From NCBI GenBank assembly GCA_964016885.1, contig OZ024740.1, forward strand, positions 423,398,001 through 423,462,000: DNA of 64,000 nt, in the 5' to 3' direction. Origin of the DNA: Eledone cirrhosa. Lineage: Eukaryota. This document shows, piece by piece, positions 43,662 through 57,444 of the stretch (position 1 is the stretch's first letter; every line of letters begins with the position of its first letter). The notes under the pieces were generated by a model. It did not search any database. It was given only the letters and a program-made list of their open reading frames with translations, and had not been told where the DNA came from. The position numbers and the translations under genes are program-made.

Positions 43662-45926
43662 TTAAAATAATAAATAAAAACAAAGAAACAGTTCCTTATA
43701 TTAAAAAATCATCATTTTACGATCGTTTCTAGGATATATTTAGCTAGAAGCGGCCACAAAAACAAATTAGAATATATATCTTGTACCAATAATACTACAA
43801 ACATACAACCAAATGAAAAATACACACCTAAATGCCACTCACACTATACCCAAAAGTACCAACTTAAAACTTAATTTCTCTACCTCTTCTCACATACAAT
43901 ATAATAACTTTCAAAAAACCATTCATCCTAATATTCCAATATATGTTAATAACATTACTAACAAAATTCCTAATAATCAGGCTAAAACACCTAAATCAGT
44001 GAATCTAACTAAACATATGTGTAATAAAATCACTAATACTAATTCTCTTAGTAAACATCAGGATACATCGTATAAAAATAAAAAAACAACATCGAAACCG
44101 TAATAGACGAGTTACTTGGTATAATGCTCCATTTAATCTACAAATTAAAGATAATATACCTAAAAAAATGTTACTATCCTAGAGAAAAACTTCCCGCCAA
44201 ACCATAAATACCATCAAATTTTAAATAGATCAACGGTCAAATTCTCCTACCCCACAACCAAATATATACAACAAAATATAAGTGCCTACAATGCATATAA
44301 ATGTTTAAAAAAAACATGAATATACCACCAACACATCAAACTAACCATAATACTAAAATAAACCACAGCAAACCACCATCTCATTCACATACAACAAGTC
44401 GAGAAAATTCCACACCTAATTTGACTAACTCCCCTGATTTAACACTCACGAAAGGTTGTAACTGTAGAAACAAAGCAAATTGCCCATTAAAAGGAAATTG
44501 CCTTATTAATAACATAGTATATAAATGTCAAATTAGCACTAAGGACTCAACTTATTCATATATAGGAGCTACTTCTAACCAATTTAAAGTAAGATTTAAT
44601 ACCCACAAACACAGTTTTAAAAATGCCGCATTAGCTAATACAACATCCTTAGCTGAAATAATTAATAATTATAGAAAAAAGAATATCGATTATAACCTGA
44701 CCTGGAGTGTGCTCAAAAGGGCCACCCCTTATCAAAATAATAGATATGAATGTAGATTATGTTCCCAGGAACTTTTTGAAATAATGAAATCTAAGGATAT
44801 CCTATTAAATAAGCGACAATAATTAATTATATCGTGCAATCATAGAATTAGAAAAACTTTCAAATATTATAAACCTAATTAATATACACATATATTTTAC
44901 AAATTATTATAATTAATTTTTTAAAATTAGTTAACCTATAATTAATATTCTACTACTAAGAACTGCATGATTTTATTTCCCTTTTACAGCTATCTTTTCC
45001 TAAAATTTATACCAATAAGTATACATATAAACTATTTTAATTTCCTATTACGAATCTAAATTCCTTGTAATCTATATAAGTTTGTTATTTCTCACTAATA
45101 CATTTATCCCCCCCCAAAAAAATTTGTTCTCCTTCGTTTTTAACAACATTCTTTAATAACATCTAACTCTTATTTATCATATCTATATGAGTTAATATAA
45201 ATTTATCCCTATAAATATACCTATCAATTAAATTAATTTAATTTCTTTTTATTGATCTAAATTCCTTATGTTTTAAATAAGATTGATATTTTTCACTAAC
45301 ACATTTATCGTAAAATGTTATTCTCCTTAGATTTTAACATTAGCATTATTCTTTAATAGCATCATATTTTCGTGTACCTTTCACCCGCTTGACCTATTTT
45401 CATCCCCAAAGTAATCTTTTCATTCAAAATACTCTTTCCATTCAAAACTGAAGTCTGCATTCCTCTACCCCTAAATTAAATTTCTACTACTACTATTCTA
45501 TCAACTTGACCACTTACTACTTTTCTATTGGTCAATTCAAAACCTGTTCCCAAACAGACCTAGTATATTAAATCTTTGTTGGTTTTTTTCAATAAACAAA
45601 TTTCATTATTTCTGAAGACAGCATATATATATGTGTAGGTATGTATATTCCCTCTGATAGTTTGTAAAATGTTTACATAGATCTATATGATATACATACC
45701 AACACACACATATATATCCTAGAAACGATCGTAAAATGATGATTTTTTTAATATAAGGAACTGTTTCTTTGTCTTTATTCATTATTTTTATTAATTTATC
45801 TTGACTCTGTTTTCGTGTGTTTTTCATCGAAAAAATTTTGAATACATCTTCTCTTTTCATGATATTTGGATTACATTGAGTTCTTCATACGGATTGGACA
45901 CTACCGTATATTTTGGTAGATTTATC

Positions 45927-45930
<4 letters not shown>
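43655..45930 (+). mobile_element. Decayed 5'-truncated Penelope-like element (C-terminal GIY-YIG) with inverted pLTR fragment at its 5' end
   Basis: WYNAPF; CNCRNKANCPLKGNC; IVYKC..YIGAT..RFNTH; C-terminal CRLC. 43655-43740 is the reverse complement of ~45712-45795. Confidence 0.85.
45608..45737 (+). ncRNA. Type I hammerhead ribozyme with ~100-nt stem II in Penelope 3' pLTR
   Basis: ATTT-CTGAAGA-C-AG...CT-A-GAAA-CGATCG-TA-AAAT; insert self-complementary (GGTATGTATAT/ATATACATACC). Confidence 0.7.
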
Positions 45931-45996
<66 letters not shown>

Positions 45997-46000
<4 letters not shown>

Positions 46001-46235
46001 ATGCACATGGATGATGACCGATGGGTGAAGAAGTGCCAGGAAATGCCAGTTGAAGGAAGACGTGGTAGAGGTAGACCACGAAAAACATGGGCGGAGGTGG
46101 TGAGAACAGACCTCGGATCGCTGAAGTTCACGGTGGAGATGACGAAGGACCGTGACAAGTGGAGAGATGCTGTGTTGAATAAGACCCATCCCACCCTTGC
46201 AAGCAGGGAAGAGCGGACTAAAATGATGATGATGA
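45997..46235 (+). mobile_element. RTE-clade LINE extreme 3' fragment, (TGA)n tail
   Basis: WVKKCQEMPVEGRRGRGRPRKTWAEVVRTDL..DRDKWR. Confidence 0.85.
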
Positions 46236-46238
46236 TAT

Positions 46239-47235
<997 letters not shown>

Positions 47236-47443
47236 CGTTTCTGAATTTGTTTAGCAAGATTCTTTATCTGAAAACGTGTGTTGAAACCGATATTGTTATA
47301 CTTTGGGAGGGTCATGTTGCCAATAAGAAACACACGCACCAGTTGGTTTCACTTCAATTTATTATAATAAATTTATAAATTTAGGAATTTATAAATTTCC
47401 GGTTGGTTGGTTGGTTCCACAACCAGATGGTTGTTTATATATT

Positions 47444-47486
47444 GTCAAAGTTCTTTCGTCACACATTATGTGACCTCTTCAGTGAC
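47444..47486 (-). ncRNA. Minimal type I hammerhead ribozyme motif
   Basis: GTCA-CTGAAGA-G-GTCACA-TAA-TGTGAC-GAAA-GAAC-TT-TGAC. Confidence 0.75.
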
Positions 47487-47533
47487 TGAGATTATTTTCT
47501 TTGTTTTTGTGCTTCTCCTTTGTTCTGTCCTAC

Positions 47534-47587
<54 letters not shown>

Positions 47588-48159
47588 CAGGTAGACAGGT
47601 AAAATAATTTAAGCTGGAAAATTTGTTTTCCTTTGTTTTTCATGTGCTATCAACTTATCTGACCTCCAAGAAGCTCGCAAGTGACTATTTTTTAGCATGT
47701 TATCAACAAATATGATTTCCACTCCAATCAAAAATGACTAGCTTTGGGAAAGGTCTTTCCTCCCACTTTCCACCCTCTTCCTTCTACAAAGCCAGTCATT
47801 TACGACAGGTTTAAAAGTCATATTCATTGGTAATATGTGAAAACTCGTCAATAGCCAGCACCTTGGAGGTCAGAATCAGTGGTAAGCACACACAAAAGAA
47901 AACCTTTTCACACAGAGATCAAGGAGGTGTTTTTCAATAAATTTACCATCTTGGCAGTCATATTGGGTGATAGCAAAAAAAAAAAATAAAGGAAAACTTT
48001 TCAAATAGAATTCCCGGTGTTCGATAAAATTACTGGGATGTGGTATAATCTAGTGAGATGCAATGCCTATCCTCTCTAACTTTTTTCCCTGGATTAATCT
48101 TAAAGTAAGGTTTTCTGTTAGTGTTAAGTTTATTGTCAGTATTATTGTTACCATTTCAG

Positions 48160-48730
48160 TTAGTTTTAGTGTTAGTTTTAGTGTTAGTTTTAGTTTTAGT
48201 GTTAGTTTTAGTGTTAGTTTTAGTGTTAGTTTTAGTGTTAGTTTTAATGTTAGTTTTAGTGTTAGTTTTAGTGTTAGTTTTAGTGATAGTTTTAGTGATA
48301 GTTTTAGTGTTAGTTTTAGTGTTAGTTTTAGTGTTAGTTTTAGTGTTAGTGTTAGTGTATGTGTTAGTGTATGTGTTAGTGTGTTAGTCTATGTGTTAGT
48401 GTATGTGTTAGTGTGTTAGTGTATGGGTTAGTGTGTTAGTGTGTGTGTGTTAGTGTATGTGTTAGTGTGTTAGTGTATGTGTTAGTGTGTATGTTAGGGT
48501 TAGGGGGTTAGTGTTAGTGTTTCAGTTAGCGTTTAGTGTTAGTGTGTTAGCGTATTAGTGTGTTAGTGTGTTAGTGTGTTAGTGTATTAGTGTGTTAGTT
48601 TGTTAGTGTATTAGTGTGTTAGTGTATTAGTTTGTTAGTGTGTTAGTGTATTAGTTTATTAGTGTGTTAGTGTATTAGTGTGTTAGTGTATTAGTGTGTT
48701 AGTTTGTTAGTGTATTAGTGTGTTAGTGTT
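48160..48730. repeat. GTTTTA/GTGTTA hexamer and GTGTTAGT octamer satellite
   Basis: Directly visible. Confidence 0.9.
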
Positions 48731-48949
48731 ACCGTTTCTGTTAGTGTTCAGGTTAATGTTACTGTTTATGGTTGTGTTAGTTTTAGTGCTAGTGTTCAAT
48801 TTAGTGTTAGTATTAAGATTAGCATTAGTGTTAAGTTAACTGCTATGGTATGTGTTAGGGCAAGTGTTATTTTTAGGGTTCAGTTTTAGTTTACAGTTAG
48901 ATTTTATGCTTTCCAGGTAAAAAAGTTGATTCTCTCTAACTTAAGTGGT

Positions 48950-49480
48950 GTGTTATAGTGTGGTATAGTATAGTGTTTCGTATGTGATGTGGTGTAGTAT
49001 ATTGTTGTATAGTGTGGTATAGTATAGTGTTTCATAGTGTGGTGTGGTGAAGAAAATTGTTGTATAGTGTGGTATAGTATAGTGTTTCGTATGTGATGTG
49101 GTGTAGTATATTGTTGTATAGTGTGGTATAGTATAGTGTTTCATAGTGTGGTGTGGTGAAGAAAATTGTTGTATAGTGTGGTACAGTATAGTGTTTCATA
49201 GTGTGGTGTGGTGTAGTATAATGTTGTATAGTGTGGTATAGTATAGTGTTTCATAGTGTGGTGTGGTGTAGTATAATGTTGTATAGTGTGGTATAGTATA
49301 GTGTTTCATAGTGTGGTGTGGTGTAGTATAATGTTGTATAGTGTGGTATAGTATAGTGTTTCATAGTGTGGTGTGGTGTAGTATAATGTTGTATAGTGTG
49401 GTATAGTATAGTGTTTCATAGTGTGGTGTGGTGTAGTATATTGTTGTATAGTGTGGTATAGTATAGTGTGGTGTCGTATA
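48950..49480. repeat. 55-bp minisatellite built from GTATA/GTGTG pentamers (~9-10 copies)
   Basis: GTGTTTCATA recurs at 49191, 49246, 49301, 49356 and 49411. Confidence 0.9.
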
Positions 49481-50129
49481 ATGTAGCATGGTGTACTGTT
49501 TCATGGTGTGGTATTGTATAGTATTTCATAGTGTGGTATGGTATAGTGTAGTGTGGCATAGTTTGATTATTATAATACAAATAATAACAATAAATAATAA
49601 TAATAATTGTTTCTACTTTTGGCACAAGGCCAGTAATTATCCAGTACATTACTGGTACTTTATTTTATCGACCCCGTAAGGATGAAAGGCAAAGTTAACG
49701 CCGGCGGGATTTGAACTCAGACCGTAAAGAGACATAACTATGTAATAATAATAATAATAATAATAGTAGTAATAATAATTGTTCTTCTTGTTCATCTTCT
49801 TTATCTTCTTCTGTCTTCGTCTTCTCCTCTTCCATCTAAATACCAAAAAACAAAGAAACTTTACGAAGTGCTGAGGAGATAAAGTTAATTTAAAGAGCAG
49901 TGTGCTCATGCTCTGTAATCCTATAAAGTAGCTTTTAAGCTATTTCGTAACTAGAAAACAATGTCACACATCAACAAAATATATACAAATATCTTTGAAT
50001 GTTAAGTCCACTTAACACAAAGAGAAAACTGTCATAATGTATCTATAGCTACAATGCTCATCTTTTACTGATATCAGACAATGAACTGCGACCATGCTGG
50101 AGTCTCGCATCTATGAGTTTTAGTCAAAA

Positions 50130-50980
50130 GTGACTGACTGTTGAGGGATAGAGGTGTGTTTTTCTTGTTCAGTTAATGTGAAACTAATTGACAGACTCCT
50201 GAGGGCCAGGGGTGTGTTTTCATTGCTAAGTTAAGGTGACAGATACTAACAGACTGCTGAAGGCCACAAGTGTGTTTTCACTGCTCAGCTAAGGTGACAT
50301 TCTCTAAAATACAGTTGGTGGCCAAAGGTAATTTTCATTGCTCAGTTGAGGTGAGAATAACTAACTGGCTGGTGAGGGCCACAGGTGTGTTTTTACTGCT
50401 CAAATAAGGTGACACTAACTAACAGACGGTTGAGAGTTTGAGGTGTGTTTTTACTGTGCAACTCAGGTGACACTGACTAACTGTTGAAGGCCTGGGGTGA
50501 CACTGACTAACTGTTGAAGGTCTGAGGTGTGTTTTTACTGTGCAACTAAGGTGACACTGACTAGCTGTTGAAGGCCTGAGGTGTGTTTTTACTGTGCAAC
50601 TGAGGTGACACTGACTAACTGTTGAAGGCCTGAGGTGACACTGACTAACTGTTGAAGGTCTGATGTGTGTTTTTACTGTGCAACTGAGGTGACACTGACT
50701 AGCTGTTGAAGGTCTGAGGTGTGTTTTTACTGTGCAACTGAGGTGACACTGACTAACTGTTGAAGGCCTGAGGTGACACTGACTAACTGTTGAAGGCCTG
50801 AGGTGACACTGACTAACTGTTGAAGGTCTGAGGTGTGTTTTTACTGTGCAGCTGAGGTGACACTGACTAACTGTTGAAGGTCTGAGGTGTGTTTTTACTG
50901 TGCAACTGAGGTGACACTGACTAGCTGTTGAAGGTCTGAGGTGTGTTTTTACTGTGCAGCTAAGGTGACACTGACTAACA
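50130..50980. repeat. Minisatellite mixing 54-bp and 30-bp units, decaying leftwards
   Basis: CTGAGGTGACACTGACTAACTGTTGAAGGC with or without CTGAGGTGTGTTTTTACTGTGCAA. Confidence 0.9.
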
Positions 50981-51184
50981 GACTTTGAATAAAGTGCTGA
51001 AATGTATGTAAGCAAGTTGCAGATCCCCAGCTCATCTGAGTAGTCAGTTAAAACTGAACTAAGGTCATGTTTACAGTCCATTAAGTTAAGACTGAGGTGT
51101 AATCATATCTATAGGTCATTAAGTTAAGACTGAGGTGTAATCATATCTATAGGTCATTAGGTTAAGATTGAACTGAAATCATAC

Positions 51185-51274
51185 CTTCGTCTTCGTCTTC
51201 TCCTCCTTTGCCTTTGTTTTCATCATCATCTTTGTTATCGTCATCGTCTGCTTTGTCTTTTTCTTCTCTTCCAT
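51185..51274 (-). CDS. Candidate 90-nt phase-1/phase-1 host exon, D/E/K-rich
   Basis: TTTTTTAATATTTAG|ATGGAAGA...GACGAAG|GTATGA; open frame (D)GREEKDKADDDDNKDDDENKGKGGEDEDE. Confidence 0.45.
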
Positions 51275-51534
51275 CTAAATATTAAAAAAGTTGTAAACAA
51301 ATATGTACATAGCTGATCTCTCAGACTTTCACAAAGTGCTGAGGAGATAAACTTAATATAAAGTGTGGTGGGCTCATATATATATTTTATGTCCCAAATG
51401 CAAACTATAGGTACATAAAAGATGTAGTGGGATCACAGGTAAACTATCTAAGAACGTAAACTTTATATGTGGCCGATGCTCAGGTACGATAAGTAGCAAG
51501 TGCCCACAGGATACTAGCTCCTTCTATTGCCCAG

Positions 51535-52545
51535 ATAGTTCTATAGAAATAGTAGACACTTTCCGTTACCTAGGTGACAAAATCAGCAGTGGGGGAGGGT
51601 GTTATAAAAGTACAGTAGCCAGAGTCAGAACTGGATGGAAAAAGTTCAGAGAGCTTATACCGCTATTGGCCGCTAAAGGGTTCTCTCTAAAAATGAAAGG
51701 CAGGTTGTATGATGCCTGCATACGAACAGCAATGTTACATGGCAGTGAGACATGGGCATTACGTGCAGGGACCTGCGCAGACTGGAAAGGAACGAAGCAT
51801 GCATGCTCCGTTGGATGTGTAATAGTAATATACGTGAACGGCAAAGCATAAATGAACTAAGTGAGAAATTAGGAATAAGAGGGATCAGCTGTTGTTTACT
51901 CGAGAGAAGACTACGTTGGTATGGTCACATGATGCGCATGAAAGACGACAACTGCATAAAAAAGTGCAGGGCGATCAAAATTGATGGTAGTTACGGAGTA
52001 GGTAGACCCATTAAAACCTGGGACGATCTGATAAATTCCGACCTTACACACTTGCACCTCTCTAAGACAATGTCACTGGACCGAGATCTTTGGCGCTACG
52101 CAGTAATACAGAAGACCCACCTTGCCTAAGTACAAAGCAAAACCTACAGTCAGTAGGCACCTCTTAACCAAATATACACCCCAATCCACTACCCCTATCC
52201 TATCCTCCCACTCCCACCAACACCACCCTCTCTCTGTAAAGTTGGTACCACAACATCTAGTCCAAATAAATGAGATAATGAGATCGAGATCATGTAGGTG
52301 TCACGAGAAAAAAACACACAGTCCACGCTGTAATGTGACCGTGTAGGTAACACGGTAAAAAGTTTCCAGTTCCACACTGTAAATGTGGTGGGTGTTAGGA
52401 AGGGCATCAAGCCGTAGAAAACCTGCCAGATAGTCCTATATGAGCGAGACACGGTCACCGGACCAACCTTGCCTCAAGTGGGACAACTCCCGTCTAACCC
52501 ATGCTAGCGTGGAAAATAGACATTAAACGAAGATGATGATGATGA
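51535..52545 (+). mobile_element. RTE-clade LINE 3' fragment (frameshifted) with (GAT)n tail
   Basis: FRYLGDKISSGGGC..WKKFRELIPLL..KGRLYDACIRTAMLHGSETW; RRLRWYGHMMR; GRPIKTW. Confidence 0.88.
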
Positions 52546-52562
52546 TATATATATATATATAT

Positions 52563-53173
52563 GTAAATATCTTTAAGTCGTTTGGAAGCCTCGACAATGC
52601 AAATGGGTAAATCTCTGGGTAACAAGATCCGGTGGTGGAGAGAGAGATGTAAGTGGGTGTACGTTGAGATGCGTGGTGTGTATAAGACGTGTAGAAGAAT
52701 GAAGGAAAGAGTATAAAGGATAAAATAAAAATAACAACACGAGAGAGAGTTACCTTGGGAGAGATTTAATTGTCCCTATATATTTCGGATTCACATCCAT
52801 CAACTGGGGGTTTTTTCCGGGGTGGGGGAAAGGTTGTCTGTCGGAAATGTATTCAAAACATCAAACAGCGGAGGACGCGTTTCGCACCTTTCCGACGGAC
52901 AACCTTTCCCCCACCCCGAAAAAACCCCCCAGTTGATGGATGTGAATCCGAAATATATAGGGACAATTAAATCTCTCCCAAGGTAACTCTCTCTCGTGTT
53001 GTTATTTTTATTTTATCCGTTATACTCTTTCCTTCATTCTTCTATACGTCTTATACACACCACGCATCTCAACGTACACCCACTTACATCTCTCTCTCCA
53101 CCACCGGATCTTGTTACCCGGAGATTTACCCATTTGCATTGTCGAGGCTTCCAAACGACTTAAAGATATTTAC
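52563..53173. repeat. 285-bp near-perfect inverted repeat with 41-nt spacer
   Basis: 52563-52847 vs 52889-53173, only a few mismatches. Confidence 0.95.
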
Positions 53174-53208
53174 CTATTATTCCACAATGCTTCAAGCAAA
53201 CTTCAATA

Positions 53209-53298
<90 letters not shown>

Positions 53299-53347
53299 GA
53301 TCTCCACGGTGGAATCTCCCGTGACGATGCGCTCCTATTAGTTAAGC

Positions 53348-54562
53348 ATGCGTAAAAATATCAGAAAGCTTTTTAAGGAACTAGGATTAAATATTACATT
53401 TGAATATAACCTCAAAGAGGTTAATTTCCTTGATGTTACTTTGAATCTCAATACAGAAACGATTAAACCGTTCCATAAACTAAATGACAACCTTAAATAT
53501 GTAAATACGAGTTCTAACCATCCACCCTCTATAATTAAATCCATCCCTAGAAATATTTCCCTTAGAATCTCCCGCCTGTCGTCCAACCAGCAAACCTTCA
53601 AAGAACATGCCGAATATTATGATGATGCACTTAGGAAGGCTGGACACCTAGATAATATAGAGTATATAGTCGACGATCACCAAAACACCCAAAATAAATC
53701 TCATAGGGGTAGAAATAGCATAGAATCACCACCATACGTATACTACAGCAATAGACACACTAATAGTCGCACACCACCAAACAGAAGGCGATGTAAAGAG
53801 TATATATGGTACAACCCGGTCTATAACAACTCTATTAAAACCAATCTACCCTCACAATTCTTTCGATTAGTTAAAAAACACTTTCCAACATCACATAAAT
53901 ATAATAAAATCTTAAGCCCTAACACTATTCGACTTTCATATTCAACCGCCCCTAATATTGAACAACATATAAAAAAGCTTAACGCAAAACGGTTGTATAA
54001 ACGCCTTCCAACACATAACAATACACGTAAAACATCAGCTATAACATCACAAAACAACAAACAACATCCCGTCCTACCTAAGCAACCTCATCAACCCATC
54101 CATGCTAATACAACAACGCAAAATTATAACTGTAACTGTGTCCAACCAGGAATGTGTCCGTTGAACAATCAGTGTCTTGAACGCAACATCATTTACAAAT
54201 GTACTATCGAATCGGATAGCCAGAAGTGGTACCATGTGGGGTCTACAGCCACCTCCTTCAAATCTCGCCTTTATAGACATCGTTACTCGATAAAACATGT
54301 AAACCAGCGTTATGTAACAGCACTCGCAGACAAGGCTTGGCAGCTGCGCGAAAATAACCAACAATTTAACCTAAAATGGGATATAATAGCATCTGCCCCT
54401 CCATATTTCCACGGACAGGAATTTTGTAAATTATGTAATATGGAATTATTTTGTATTATGAAATCCAAAAACATTTTATTAAATAACAGAATAGAGCGAT
54501 CGTTATACTGTAACCATCGCTTAAAATCTACATTTTCATATTACAAATACTACCAGGATTGA
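53348..54562 (+). CDS. Penelope-like RT C-terminus/thumb + GIY-YIG endonuclease (partial, 404 aa)
   Basis: [24 protein letters not shown]....CPL...[28 protein letters not shown]. Confidence 0.85.
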   Translation: MRKNIRKLFKELGLNITFEYNLKEVNFLDVTLNLNTETIKPFHKLNDNLKYVNTSSNHPPSIIKSIPRNISLRISRLSSNQQTFKEHAEYYDDALRKAGHLDNIEYIVDDHQNTQNKSHRGRNSIESPPYVYYSNRHTNSRTPPNRRRCKEYIWYNPVYNNSIKTNLPSQFFRLVKKHFPTSHKYNKILSPNTIRLSYSTAPNIEQHIKKLNAKRLYKRLPTHNNTRKTSAITSQNNKQHPVLPKQPHQPIHANTTTQNYNCNCVQPGMCPLNNQCLERNIIYKCTIESDSQKWYHVGSTATSFKSRLYRHRYSIKHVNQRYVTALADKAWQLRENNQQFNLKWDIIASAPPYFHGQEFCKLCNMELFCIMKSKNILLNNRIERSLYCNHRLKSTFSYYKYYQD

Positions 54563-55038
54563 ACGCCTGTCTCCATCTCCGTTTGATTGTCAAAATACAT
54601 ATTAACATTCTCTATTAGTCTTAATTCTATCAACTCTTCTATTCTTTACCATTTAATATAAACTGCTATAGATAAAATGAGATTTCTTAATTCAATTCCC
54701 TAATGCATATACCAGCAGGCTACCAGCATTGTTGTTATTCAGTAGCAGTCGAAATCTCTCTCTTCCTTAATTGACACTTTATAATTAATACTACTACACC
54801 AAACGACCAGCCCTGTCCATTGTTCAATTGGTCAAGTATAGATTAAAATAGGCACTCCCAAAAATTCTTATTTAGATAAAATAAACCATATACTCATTGT
54901 ATTCTCATTAGAAACCCTTTATATACTTGTTTACCAGTAAATTGAATTACCATCTGTCATATACTATCCCCTCTCTTCCTTCTTTATTACAACTAATATA
55001 AATATTTCAATTTTTCTGATTTTTTCCAATTTATCCAA

Positions 55039-55156
55039 TATCTCTGAAGAAGTGACAACTGATTATACATTTGCTATCGAATACTTGCTAACATTATATG
55101 ATTACGCAAGCAGCGATACATAGGTATTCCGTCTGTTACAGAAACATATGTCAATA
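55039..55156 (+). ncRNA. Type I hammerhead motif with long stem II (stem I imperfect)
   Basis: CTGAAGA-A-GTGACA...TGTTAC-A-GAAA-CATATG-TC. Confidence 0.6.
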
Positions 55157-55311
55157 CCTAATAAATTCCTTTTTTAAAAAAAAGCACTTTCATTTTATAT
55201 TCATCTTTTCTACATTTTCTCCGGAATATAATTTATACTCGTTGAGCAAACCTACACGCTGTTCATCTCTAACGTAACGATATATTATCACTACATTATT
55301 GATAACCTGAA

Positions 55312-55358
<47 letters not shown>

Positions 55359-55438
55359 AAGCAGAAACAAAAAAGCAAACAACACATCATCCTCTGTGTT
55401 CCCAATCTTTGCTCCTAGATACATATAAATACATATAC

Positions 55439-55535
<97 letters not shown>

Positions 55536-56977
55536 TATATATATATACATATACATATATACATATACATATATATATATACATATATATATGGTGGCTG
55601 CCAACTCGTTTTCGAGTACGGCCACTACTTTATATCCATGTAGGAGAACTCCTACCGATGCGCTGAACGAGTGTGACTTTTTAGTCCAGACAGCGACTTG
55701 AAAACTCTGGTACAAACACTACACTTGTGACAAATATTGACACATAGTGCTTGGCCCATGATACCATGTGACGACAAGTGCAGAGGGATCTCCAGATATA
55801 AAAAAATGCCTGTGCCGTGAAGCTTTTATAGTGAGCAAAGGCACTGCACAAAGCCAGTCCCACTCTCTTAACCAAGATGATATATATATATATATATATA
55901 CATATATACATATACATATATATATATACATATATATATGGAGGCACATGGCTTAGTGGTTAGAGCATTGGCCTTGCAATCGAAAGGTTGTGAGATCAAT
56001 TCTCAGACCGGGTGATGTGTTGTTTCCTTGAGCAAGACACTTTATATCACATTGCTCCAGTTTACTCAGCTATAGAAATGAGATGATAGGGACTGGGGTC
56101 CATATCATTCCACTGCAAAGTGGTTGTGCAGGTGCCACGGCAAAATAGCATCCAGCACTCACTGTAAATGAGGTTGTAGAAATCAAGCCAGAATCAGTTC
56201 CCGTCCCACCTTTGCAAGCAGGGAAAAGCAGACGTAAAAATGAAATGATATATATATATATATATATATATGGTGGATTGGCAGTATCGGTAGAGGGTCG
56301 GACGCCATGCTTTCCAGCATAGTTACGTCCCTTTACGATCTGAGTTCAAATCCCGCCGAGGTTGACTTTGCCTTGCATCCTTACGGGGTCGATAAAATAA
56401 AGTACTAGTAATGCACTGGGTAATTGCTGGCCTTGTGCCTAAAGTAGAAACAATTATAGACTAAAGAAATTTCTAGCCTGATATTGGGGTTTATAACCCT
56501 CGGAGAAATGGAAAAAGATGAGTGTTGCCGTACATCAGGCTAGAAATTTCTTTAGTCTAAAATACGGTGAAAGCTTATAATTTCTAATTTCTAATTTCAA
56601 ACTCGCGCACCGTTTCAAAAACATACTTACATGTTTACGTTTATAATTTGCTTGTATATATATATGTGTGTGTGTGAGGTATAGCATAGTGTCATGTGGT
56701 GTGTGATGTGGTATGATGTGGTATGATGTGGTGGGGGAAAACATCATTAGACTATGTTAATACACATGTAGCATCCATGTGTATGAGAAGGAGGAGACTG
56801 TGTTCAACTAATTTTAAAATTACAAGTAGCATCCATCTACAGGTCATTAATTTAAGACTGAGGTGTAATATCTATAGATCATTAAGTTAAGACTGAGGTG
56901 TAATTATATCAAGAGGTCAATTTAAAACTACACTGAGATCATGCCTTAAAATGATGGTCAATAAAATGTTTACTTAC

Positions 56978-57025
56978 TCAGATCTTTTGAAATAACTTTC
57001 TTTCTCTTACTGTAACTGGTCATAC
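56978..57025 (-). CDS. Candidate 48-nt phase-1/phase-1 host micro-exon
   Basis: CTATTTCGCAG|GTATGACC...GATCTGA|GTAAGT; frame (G)MTSYSKRKKVISKDL open. Confidence 0.35.
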
Positions 57026-57444
57026 CTGCGAAATAGATCAGTTGTTTTAGAGTGGACAATGGTGTGGTGTAGTGAAGTGTGGGGTAGTGTGGTGCAGTGA
57101 ACTTAGTGTGGTATAGTGTTGTATAGAGCAATGTAGTGTACTGTCGTGTGGTGTAGTGTAGTGTAGTGTGGTGTAGTGTAGTGTAGTGTAGTGTAGTGTA
57201 GTGTGCTGTAGTGTAGTGTTGTATAGAGCAACGTGGTGTTGTATAGAGCAGTGTGGTGTTATGTAGTGTGATGTGATGTGCTGTGATGTAATGTGGTGTA
57301 GTGTAGGGTGGCGTGATGTGCTGTGGTGTGAGGATGTCTTTGTCATTCTTTTTCTCTGTGTTGTGATGTGATGTGGTTTTCCTCTTTGTCTTCTTCTGTG
57401 TGATGTGATGTCTTCTTTTCCTTCTTCCTTTTCTTTGATTTTAG

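Larger units (their letters stand above)
53293..55312 (+). mobile_element. 5'-truncated Penelope-like element (Neptune/Nematis-type) flanked by (TA)n
   Basis: Open frame to 54562, then AT-rich 3' region with a hammerhead motif. Confidence 0.88.
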
